DNA of 64,000 nt from Nostoc sp. GTDB lineage: Bacteria > Cyanobacteriota > Cyanobacteriia > Cyanobacteriales > Nostocaceae. The stretch lies in contig JBALDB010000056.1 of NCBI GenBank assembly GCA_036918135.1, positions 64,001-128,000 of the forward strand, written 5' to 3'. Made by a program: the position numbers and the translations under genes. Positions 52,652 through 64,000 of this stretch are shown one piece after another (positions within the stretch are counted from its first letter, which is position 1; each line of letters opens with the position of its first letter). The notes below the pieces were generated by a model. It saw only the letters and a list, made by a program, of their open reading frames with translations, did no database searches and was not told where the DNA came from.

Positions 52652-53203
52652 TCAATTTGGTTTATAAATCACTAAAAATTTATCATGTTCGCTACCTTCA
52701 TCTCGACTTTGGGTTTGGGTAATACGAACTTGTGTATCAAATCTAGTTCCCAACCCCTTAACTAGACCAAAAATCATTGGCGTCAGCCCTTCTCTATTAG
52801 AACGATAGTGTAAGTTGAGAGAGTTTTCTTCCATATCAGTACACTCAAATGATGGGGGCTGAAGTTTGGGAAAGCTAACTCCTACACGAGCATGAAGATT
52901 GTCGAGATTTTCTAAAAACTCAGGTAGCGTATCTCCACTCATATCCATCATTCCGCCATAGCCTTCTTGGGCTGTGTACTGAACCCAGAATTCCCCAAAA
53001 GCTTGCATAATTTCTGTGGGAGATAAACCCAAAACGCCACTAGCAGCTTTTATTAACCTGTGGGTGATGTCATCAGGATAGCCTTCCATACTGATGAAAA
53101 CATCTACATCCACCTCTGCTTTATGTTTAATTACTTTCCAAGTTTCTTTACCAAAGCGATTGCACACCATGTCTTGAATCGCCTTGTTCACTAATCCATA
53201 CAT
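52652..53203 (-). CDS. H-NOX heme NO-binding protein
   Basis: MYGLVN start, LDNLH proximal His, P.F.C and YRSNR (YxSxR) motifs. Confidence 0.93.
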   Translation of the reverse strand: MYGLVNKAIQDMVCNRFGKETWKVIKHKAEVDVDVFISMEGYPDDITHRLIKAASGVLGLSPTEIMQAFGEFWVQYTAQEGYGGMMDMSGDTLPEFLENLDNLHARVGVSFPKLQPPSFECTDMEENSLNLHYRSNREGLTPMIFGLVKGLGTRFDTQVRITQTQSRDEGSEHDKFLVIYKPN

Positions 53204-53958
53204 GGAAGTCTCCTCTTACTGCACCTAATTTTGCTTCGTGAATTTGACTGAGACTCAATAAATAATTCTCTAAAATGACAAAATTTCTTTTACTCAAACT
53301 TGGAAATGTCTGATTACAGTTTTAAAAACCTAAGAAATCGGGAAAACTGTTCGCATTTTAATACTATACTCCAATATACTCACAACCGTATTTCCACCCT
53401 TTCCTTTAATCTATATTTATGCACTTACAAAAAGCGATGAATTAGGAGACAAGCTATATTTAGAGATTTGACATTGAATTCCGTTAAAAAATTGAACGTG
53501 GGTATCCATAGCTTCTCTAATACCCAGTTTGATTTTGGTATCGTATTCAATCATTGCAATTTGAGGTTCAATCACTGCTGCTTGCTTCACTGCATGACTA
53601 TCATCAACATTAATATGGACTTCAAGAAGGTCTGAGAATTTCAGTAGATTTTCGCTTCCGCAGGAAATGAAGCTTATCGGGCAATGATATCACTCAGTAT
53701 TGCTGGTGTTGAAGAAGATATGAGCGTGCCTTATGAAGACTAGCTGAAGATTAGCAACCAAACGCTGATTGTATTTGATGAAACTGTTGAACAGACTAAA
53801 AATAGGCAAAATGTTGGCGCTTTAGTCCCACTTTATACTTACGGATATCGCCTAGTAAAGATGTTTAACTTTTAGTTTTATAAAAATACGAACAATAAAA
53901 AAGAGGTCAAAAAAGACCTCTTACCAATTCCCTAAAAAAAATGTTCTGTCTACAGCTA

Positions 53959-54165
53959 TTACGCCAAACCAGCATTAGCACCTTGCTTCCCAGTTGCCAA
54001 TTCCACTTTGATGATTTTACCGCCTGCTTTCTGAATGCGTTGCTGTTCGCGGAACCAGTTCTCATAAGGAACTAGCTTAGTGAAGTAAGTATTTTGTAGT
54101 TCGCGTTGGGTACGAATTCGGGTTTGGCTAGGAACTAGAGCAGTAATTTTAAACAAACGGGCCAT
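53959..54165 (-). CDS. apcC: Phycobilisome core small linker
   Basis: MARLFKITALVPSQTRIRTQRELQNTYFTKLVPYENWFREQQRIQK; ATG at 54165. Confidence 0.97.
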   Translation of the reverse strand: MARLFKITALVPSQTRIRTQRELQNTYFTKLVPYENWFREQQRIQKAGGKIIKVELATGKQGANAGLA

Positions 54166-54391
54166 GTTTTGAAAATCTCCTGTATTGTTTGTGAAAACTT
54201 TTTTATTTCTAAATCTTGAGTGCAAATCTTTAAATTAATCATTCAAAGGCTGGAAATCAAACATCAATACTAGACCACCAACACTCATCACTGACAATTT
54301 ATCAAGATAAGCAATATAACGTTCTAGCACTCACGATTGATTTCCAGACCTTAATAAAACCGCACCTAAATTCTTAAGCGCAAACTAGCTC

Positions 54392-54880
54392 TTAGCTTAA
54401 GCCAGAGGAGATATAGTCTAAGTAAACGCCCATTTCCTTACCGGCGTCAGAACCTACCAAGCTGGCGGTTACTTCTTTAATAGATTGGATAGCTTGTACG
54501 GTAGCACCAACGGGAACACCCAAGGAGTTATAGGTTTCCTTCAAGCCATTGAGTACACGCTCATCCAAAATGGAAGGATCGCCAGCCAACATAGCATAGG
54601 TGGCATAGCGGAGGTAGTAATCTAAATCACGAATACAAGCAGCATAGCGACGGGTGGTATACATGTTGCCGCCGGGACGAGTGATGTCAGAGTACAGCAA
54701 AGATTTTGCTACAGCTTCTTTGACAATCGTAGCAGCGTTGGCGCTGATGGTGCTAGCAGCACGTACCCGCAGTTCGCCAGTGGAGAAATAGCTTTTTAGC
54801 TTGTCTAAAGCAGTGCTATCGAGGTATTTACCTTGAACGTCTGCGGAGTTAATGACAGCGGTAATTGCGTCTTGAGCCAT
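54392..54880 (-). CDS. apcB: Allophycocyanin beta subunit
   Basis: [35 protein letters not shown]. Confidence 0.98.
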   Translation of the reverse strand: MAQDAITAVINSADVQGKYLDSTALDKLKSYFSTGELRVRAASTISANAATIVKEAVAKSLLYSDITRPGGNMYTTRRYAACIRDLDYYLRYATYAMLAGDPSILDERVLNGLKETYNSLGVPVGATVQAIQSIKEVTASLVGSDAGKEMGVYLDYISSGLS

Positions 54881-54942
54881 GTTGTTAATTCCTTATTTCC
54901 AACTGTATTGCAATACTTCTACTTGATGCTCAGTAAACAGCT

Positions 54943-55431
54943 TTACCCTAGTAAAGCACCAACTAGATAGTCGAAGTAGCTACCAGCTTCAGCAGCATCA
55001 TCACCAGACAGCAGGCTAGCAGCACCAGCCTTCACTCCCCGGATACCTTCAGCAACAGCATCGATAGGAGTTCCCAAGGACTTATAAAGTTCACGGGCAC
55101 CGATAACACCAATTTCTTCGATGGGGGTAACATCACCAGCAACGATACCGTAGGTAACGAGGCGGAGGTAGTAATCTAGGTCACGCAGACAAGTAGCAGT
55201 CAATTCTTGACCGTAAGCGTTACCACCAGGAGAGACAACATCAGGACGCTTTTGGAACAGTTGATCGCCAGCTTGTTTAATTAACCGTTCGCGATTCTCT
55301 GTCAAAACCTGAGCAATCCGCAGACGGCGCTCACCAGCGGCTACAAAGGATTTGATCCGATCCAATTCACCAGGGCTGAGGTAGCGGGCTTCTGCGTCAG
55401 CATTCACGATCGCTTTCGTGACGATACTCAT
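54943..55431 (-). CDS. apcA: Allophycocyanin alpha subunit
   Basis: [40 protein letters not shown]. Confidence 0.98.
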   Translation of the reverse strand: MSIVTKAIVNADAEARYLSPGELDRIKSFVAAGERRLRIAQVLTENRERLIKQAGDQLFQKRPDVVSPGGNAYGQELTATCLRDLDYYLRLVTYGIVAGDVTPIEEIGVIGARELYKSLGTPIDAVAEGIRGVKAGAASLLSGDDAAEAGSYFDYLVGALLG

Positions 55432-55797
55432 TTATGGATTCCTCCAATACGAATGAAACCAGGATTTAATTAAACTGGTGCGACTTTCAATTTGGTACTT
55501 GAGTTTGTTTTCTCATCCTTTTAGACACAACAGTTTAATAACTGCTAGGGCTAAAAAATTACGAATCTGCTTGAGTCAACATAAGTACACAAGCTTTTCA
55601 ACTCAGTTACCTTCCGCAAAACATTTTCCGGCATTCTGTTGAGCATTTATGACTGTTCTTAACACTTTGTAATATTGTTTTTCAGATTTGCTGTTTTTGC
55701 TGCAATCTGAGAGGAGTATTACGAAAGGTTACGAAGGGTTATAGGGACTGGGGATTCAGTATTAGGTTTTAATTCATACTTCCCAGTCCCTATTGCC

Positions 55798-58695
<2,898 letters not shown>

Positions 58696-58971
58696 TTAAG
58701 TCTGGGTCGCTTTGAGGCTTGACACATCGGTGTGTCTATGCTTATGAGCTTAAGAGTACTGCCTGCAAAACTGCCAGTAAATTAACCCAGTTAGCTTTTA
58801 GATTAAAACGTTTTGCGTTATTAAGGCGGGTTTATTAAGAAGTGTGTAGAAGATGTAGCTTTAATGCATCAAATTTCAAATAGATACTCTTGTTTGTCTG
58901 AGACAAAACTAAGTTTTGTAACTAAGTAGGTAGTCAATTGTCATTTGTCCTCTCTTACAAAGTTCTGATGC

Positions 58972-59052
58972 CTGCAGGAAGCCGCAAAGCGTCTACGGAG
59001 GAAACCTCCGCACCCTGCGGGAAGCTGCAGAAGCGTCTACAGACTTTGCGCT
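58972..59052. repeat. Nested REP-like repeats
   Basis: CTGCxGGAAGC...AGCGTCTAC twice around CGGAGGAAACCTCCG. Confidence 0.55.
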
Positions 59053-59232
59053 TCCTTCGTCCTTTGGCTAATGACAAATCACCAACGCTTGTGTAGACAG
59101 TGAATGTTAGTCAGTGCTAAGTTGTTTTTGCTACTAATACCTGAAGATAACAGATAACGCGACTCTGGAAATCAGGTTTAAATTCAGGGTAATTAGGCTA
59201 TACCTAGCAGCATTCTCTACCCGTAAAATACT

Positions 59233-59763
59233 ATGCATAAAAGTTTTAAATTTAACTATTTATTCAATGTTACGGCGTCTGCCATAGCAGTTATATTGGC
59301 TGTCACTCCTGCAAATGCACTTCCAGGGGAAAACATTAGCACCGTTGTTAAGTGGGCAAAAACGAGACCTCAACTACCCACCCTGAGATACAACAGCGAA
59401 GCCCACGGCTATGGCGGTACAAAGGGAAAACTGTATTTTTATGCCGATGTCACTTCTGAAAATGGGACAGTAACAAAAGAAGGAATCACTGTTAGTGGTA
59501 GCGATCGCCTCAAATTCACCACAAAAAATGCGAATGCAGTAAAATTGTTACAAAATATTTATAATTCTCAGATTGCCAATGACTTCCAGAAGTCTGGCTA
59601 TGTTACCAAAATTGGTCGTGACTTATTTTATCGCGGACAAAAGTTTGCTTACATCACTGCCGAGGTGCAAGGCGGGTCATCATTTCAGATAATTCCTTTG
59701 AGAAATTTGCAAGAATTTATCAATAATGCAAAATATTGTCAAACCAATCAATGCGACCTTTGA
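59233..59763 (+). CDS. Secreted hypothetical protein
   Basis: Signal peptide ending PANA-LPGEN. Confidence 0.7.
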   Translation: MHKSFKFNYLFNVTASAIAVILAVTPANALPGENISTVVKWAKTRPQLPTLRYNSEAHGYGGTKGKLYFYADVTSENGTVTKEGITVSGSDRLKFTTKNANAVKLLQNIYNSQIANDFQKSGYVTKIGRDLFYRGQKFAYITAEVQGGSSFQIIPLRNLQEFINNAKYCQTNQCDL

Positions 59764-60498
59764 TTAATTCTCCAGTCTGGAATTTAGATAAGCATTATCA
59801 ATCAATAAAGGTACGCAATCACTAACATTAAAAGCAGCCGCCAGTTCAACATCTGGTTCAAAACCTTTTTCTATCAACTCTTTACCAGAACTGCATTTTT
59901 TCAAGTATCCTACTAAATCCTGCTGGAAAGCTTGAAATGCTGCTACGGCTGCTTCGGCTTCTGGGGATAAATTACCACGTAAATAGCTAAGAATTGCCCC
60001 AGCACCAATTAAATCTTCAAATGCAGGACGGAGACTATTATCATCTTTCCATCTCTCACCAGCAGAAATCACAGCGATTTTATTGCCATACTTTTGGGCA
60101 AACTCGGCTACAGCTTGGCAATTCCGCAAACAACCAGCTAAAGTTGGCGTCTCTTCAGTATGTAAAGTCAGAAAAGAACCATTAGGTGAAGGCAAAACTA
60201 GTCTAGTTCCCGCTGGAATCTGTTCTAGTGACTTTGGAGAAAGAGAATATCCGCTTGTTGTCCAACGTTGTCTATGACTTGCCAACTCTGCTTGTAGTGA
60301 CTTGGCATAATCTATAACTGATTCATCTCTATATGCGTAGGGAAAAATAATCGCGCCGTTATTCGTGGCAATTTCTACACAAGTAGAAAAAGAAAGAATA
60401 TCAACTATTATTACCGCATCACTAATAGAAGCAAGTTGATAAACTCCTTGTGCGCCCCATTCACAGCGTAAATTAAACTCTGATTGGTCGTAAATCAT
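59764..60498 (-). CDS. 2-phosphosulfolactate phosphatase (ComB) family protein
   Basis: IVDILSFST, SLSP, SPNGS, GCLRN..AVA, AGERW...RPAFEDLIGAGA. Confidence 0.8.
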   Translation of the reverse strand: MIYDQSEFNLRCEWGAQGVYQLASISDAVIIVDILSFSTCVEIATNNGAIIFPYAYRDESVIDYAKSLQAELASHRQRWTTSGYSLSPKSLEQIPAGTRLVLPSPNGSFLTLHTEETPTLAGCLRNCQAVAEFAQKYGNKIAVISAGERWKDDNSLRPAFEDLIGAGAILSYLRGNLSPEAEAAVAAFQAFQQDLVGYLKKCSSGKELIEKGFEPDVELAAAFNVSDCVPLLIDNAYLNSRLEN

Positions 60499-60566
60499 AG
60501 GAGCTATCGCAAAAAACAATATTATAAAAATTTAACAATAGATAAGTAAGCTAGTCTAAATAATTA

Positions 60567-60950
60567 ATGTCCGCACTGCTTTAGAAAAAGATGGTTCGAT
60601 GATTACCCACGATCCACTGCATCTGAAAGTTAATGATATTGAATTTTTTGTGGATTTAAAAGCAGAAAGATTATTAGCAGCACAAAAACAAGGTCAATAA
60701 ATAGCCGTAAAAATTAAATTCTTTGTAAATGTATCGGAAGTAATAGAATTTCATCTTGCTTTAGGTCAAACCCTGAATTATCATCGGCTAGCATTGAAAA
60801 AAGAAGAACCGGAATGTATTTTATATCTAGCTCTTAGTTAAGATACATACCAAGACTTTTTCTCACATCAATTTATTCAAAATTCTTTAAAAAATATTAA
60901 ATTAAACTTTTAATATTTAATTACTTTAGTCAGAATATTGTTTTCTGGAA
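60567..60950 (+). pseudogene. XisH pseudogene (5'-truncated, internal stop and frameshift)
   Basis: VRTALEKDG..ITHDPL...DL.AERLLAA...IAV.IK.F...EFHLALGQ.LNY. Confidence 0.75.
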
Positions 60951-61273
60951 GGAATAAATTACTCTTAAATTATTTAAGATTTTTAAGTAATCATTCTGCT
61001 AATGACTTGGCTAATGGCACAGAGATTCAATTATTATTTGACACAGAACGCCATCATTATCAAGTCTTAAATATTGTCTGGAAAGAACAACGAAGAATTT
61101 ATGGAGTCATTATTCATGTTGATATCAAAGACCAAAAAATTTAGATACAAAGAGATGGTACAGAAATCGGCATCGCTAACGAATTAATCGCTGCTGGAGT
61201 ATCGAAAGAAGATATTATATTAGGATTTCACGCTCCTTACAAACGCGAATTTACTGATTTTGCTGTTGGATAA
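60950..61273 (+). pseudogene. XisI pseudogene with TAG at the conserved Trp (61142-61144)
   Basis: FDTERHHYQ...HVDIKDQKI*IQRDGTEIGIANELIAAGVSKEDIILGFHAPYKREFTDFAVG*. Confidence 0.8.
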
Positions 61274-61355
61274 CTAGTAGAAAATAAGCAAGAGTAATCT
61301 TTGCCCTAATCATCCACCATTCGCTAAACTCAAAACTGCTGCGTTATTCCTCATC

Positions 61356-62546
61356 ATGTCCGATTCCCAAACTGTTAGTACTGCCGTTGCCAAACTCTAC
61401 AATACCTACCCCTTTCCGCCGGAAGCTTTGTTAGACGAACCGCCTCCAGGGTACAATTGGCGCTGGAATTGGCTAGCTGCTTATAACTTCTGCACAGGTC
61501 AAAAACCCCAAAAGCAAGATATCCGCATTTTGGATGCTGGTTGTGGTACTGGAGTAAGTACAGAGTACTTGGTTCACCTCAATCCTCAAGCTTCTGTTGT
61601 GGGAATTGACCTCAGTAGTGGTGCTTTGGATATAGCAAAAGAACGTTGTCAGCGTTCTGGGGCTAACCGGGTTGAGTTTCATCACCTCAGCTTATTTGAT
61701 GCCGAACAATTACCTGGTGAGTTTGATTTAATTAACTGCGTTGGTGTTTTGCACCATACCGCCGACCCAATTGCTGGTATTCAAACCTTGGCAAAAAAGT
61801 TAGCACCAAGCGGCTTGATGCACATTTTTGTCTACGGGGAGTTGGGGCGCTGGGAAATTCAACTCATGCAAAAAGCGATCGCACTTCTCCAAGGTGACAA
61901 AAAAGGTGACTACCGCGATGGTGTTCAAGTCGGACGAAAAATATTTGCTTCTTTGCCAGAAAATAATCGAATTGTCAAGTATGAAAAACAGCGTTGGTCG
62001 TTAGAAAACCACAAGGACGAACACTTTGCTGATATGTACGTTCATCCCCAGGAAATTGACTATAACATTGAGACGCTGTTTGAATTAATTGATGCTTCGG
62101 GATTGGAGTTTATTGGCTTCTCGAATCCGAGTTTTTGGGATTTAGAGAGACTTTTGGCTAAAGCACCAGAGTTGATACAACGGGGTGAAGAATTGAGCGA
62201 TCGCCAACGTTATCGCTTGATAGAATTATTAGATCCAGAAGTCAGTCATTATGAGTTTTTCCTCGGTCGTTCTCCCCTCATTAAAGCCGACTGGTCAGAC
62301 GATAACGCTCTATTGGCAGCAATTCCCGAACTTAATCCTTGTATTGAGGGATTTCCCAGTCAATGTTTTTTTAATTACGATTACCAAATTGTTAACTTGT
62401 CAGTTGCCGAGTTTGAGTTTATGCAAAAATGTGACGCTCATTCAACAGTGGCAGAGATTTTGGCAGGTGTGGAACTGGGATTAGGTGGGGTTAGAAGGCT
62501 TGTCCAACAGCAGTTGATTTTATTAACACCAGTTCAATCACAGTAG
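61356..62546 (+). CDS. Class I SAM-dependent methyltransferase (conserved in cyanobacteria)
   Basis: YNTYPFP, ILDAGCGTG, GIDLS, CVGVLHH, FADMYVHPQE. Confidence 0.88.
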   Translation: MSDSQTVSTAVAKLYNTYPFPPEALLDEPPPGYNWRWNWLAAYNFCTGQKPQKQDIRILDAGCGTGVSTEYLVHLNPQASVVGIDLSSGALDIAKERCQRSGANRVEFHHLSLFDAEQLPGEFDLINCVGVLHHTADPIAGIQTLAKKLAPSGLMHIFVYGELGRWEIQLMQKAIALLQGDKKGDYRDGVQVGRKIFASLPENNRIVKYEKQRWSLENHKDEHFADMYVHPQEIDYNIETLFELIDASGLEFIGFSNPSFWDLERLLAKAPELIQRGEELSDRQRYRLIELLDPEVSHYEFFLGRSPLIKADWSDDNALLAAIPELNPCIEGFPSQCFFNYDYQIVNLSVAEFEFMQKCDAHSTVAEILAGVELGLGGVRRLVQQQLILLTPVQSQ

Positions 62547-63035
62547 AATTTATACTTTTGGTGATGGGCGATCGCCCATCACGACTTTTGATAAATTTGA
62601 TGTAGATTAGAAAAGTGTCCCACATCCAAAAAAGTTGCAATTGTTTGCAATTCAGCAATGGTGCAATATCTAACACCAAGACGCTACTCTACAAGTTCTG
62701 CTTTGCAGTCAGCGTCTTTACTCCTCAACACCTATTTAGTTTCAACACCAAGATGCTGATTATACAAAAACTTTGGAGGACAATTACTCGCTAAAAAAAG
62801 GCAAATTTGTATAAATTGAAAGTTGTCTAGGCATTAATTCGTGCATTATTGCCATATTTCGCTATATTGCTTCATTAAACCCTTTATTACTGCAAGAGAG
62901 CGTAATTTTGTTTTAATTTTTCACATTCGCAAGAAGTTAATTGTTTTTTTCTAAAGTATTGTTACCGGATCGTGATATGATTCAGCTGACTGAATGTGCA
63001 GTCATCATCCGTTAGCTGTACTAGTTTCGAGTCCC

Positions 63036-63476
63036 GTGAGCTTGTCAGAAGAACCAATTGCACCGACTCCGACGACACGACAAGATGCTAAAACTGATTC
63101 TGAGAACACAGAATCAGATAACTCTATGGGAGAGTTCTATCAACTCTACCAAAAGTTATTAGTAATCACACTTGTCTTGACGGGGATTATTTTTATCTCT
63201 GTGTGGATTTTTTATTCCTTAAACATTGCTCTCAATTATTTGATTGGAGCGTGTACAGGTGTGGTTTACTTAAAAATGCTGGCTAAAGATGTTGAGCGAC
63301 TTGGTGGTGAGAAAAACCGTCTGAGCAAAACTCGTTTTGCTTTGTTCATTGGATTGATTGTATTGGCAACTCAATGGCATGAGCTAAAGATTGTGCCCAT
63401 ATTTTTGGGATTTCTAACTTACAAAGCGACGCTCCTCGTCTACATGGTGCAAACTGCGTTCATTCCTGATTCTTAA
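63036..63476 (+). CDS. atp1: ATP synthase protein I (atp1)
   Basis: GTG start; four TM segments, [24 protein letters not shown]; immediately upstream of subunit a. Confidence 0.85.
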   Translation: MSLSEEPIAPTPTTRQDAKTDSENTESDNSMGEFYQLYQKLLVITLVLTGIIFISVWIFYSLNIALNYLIGACTGVVYLKMLAKDVERLGGEKNRLSKTRFALFIGLIVLATQWHELKIVPIFLGFLTYKATLLVYMVQTAFIPDS

Positions 63477-63542
63477 AAAGTCAGGCTCACAAAGACAATA
63501 CTCCCATCCTCGCTCGTTGGGGAAAATGCTTGAAGAATGCAA

Positions 63543-64000
63543 ATGCTTAGTGTCTTAAACGCCTTTAATTCTTTTCCCCTCGCCGAATTAGAAGTAGGTC
63601 ATCATTTCTACTGGCAGTTGGGCAATCTTAAAATTCATGGGCAAGTTTTTCTCACCTCATGGTTTGTGATTAGCATTTTAGTAGTGGCTTCAATAGCTGC
63701 TACTCGCAACGCCCAGAAAATTCCCAAGGGCATCCAAAATTTGATGGAATATGCTCTAGAGTTTATTCGGGATCTGGCAAAAAACCAACTTGGTGAGAAA
63801 GAGTACCGCCCTTGGGTGCCATTTATTGGTACGTTGTTCTTGTTTATTTTCGTATCGAACTGGTCAGGCGCGCTAATTCCCTGGAAGCTAATCAAGCTAC
63901 CTTCGGGTGAATTGGCAGCTCCCACCAATGACATCAATACAACCGTTGCATTGGCACTGCTAACCTCTTTAGCGTACTTTTATGCGGGTTTTAGCAAGCG
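63543..64000 (+). CDS. atpB: F0F1 ATP synthase subunit a, 3'-truncated by the window edge (absent from the ORF track)
   Basis: [40 protein letters not shown]...[25 protein letters not shown]...[14 protein letters not shown]. Confidence 0.95.
   Translation, partial: MLSVLNAFNSFPLAELEVGHHFYWQLGNLKIHGQVFLTSWFVISILVVASIAATRNAQKIPKGIQNLMEYALEFIRDLAKNQLGEKEYRPWVPFIGTLFLFIFVSNWSGALIPWKLIKLPSGELAAPTNDINTTVALALLTSLAYFYAGFSK

Noticed and set aside
53600..53810. Protein-like stretch (FASAGNEAYRAM...) on the plus strand
   Set aside because: Interrupted by stops and no family recognised; cannot support a call.
63635..63937. 100-aa minus-strand ORF
   Set aside because: Antisense to atpB, which is clearly the real gene.

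Overview
Chromosomal window from a heterocyst-forming (Nostoc-like) cyanobacterium: frequent HIP1 octamers (GCGATCGC), heptamer STRR repeats, fraCDE-fraF, purN, acnB, ftsW, apcE-apcABC and the start of the atp operon. Accessory DNA between these genes includes an organosulfur-type monooxygenase cluster, an internally deleted group II intron, XisH/XisI and DUF4351 pseudogenes, a frameshifted NERD-helicase, orphan contractile-injection-system genes and an H-NOX/histidine kinase pair. The most striking element is missed by the ORF track. At 32525-33466, four ~236-bp tandem units each encode a 40-aa peptide (MKTVEAIQPKTMKKFVIREVETLRTTRAAA-YVCWICSNCW) with an invariant Cys/Trp-rich C-terminus. They lie directly upstream of an RRE-like/HExxH M50-type membrane protease and a degenerate-NTPase/TPR protein. 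This is a candidate uncharacterised RiPP or peptide-signalling system with no recognisable tailoring enzyme. All family assignments come from motif recognition by eye, not database searches.
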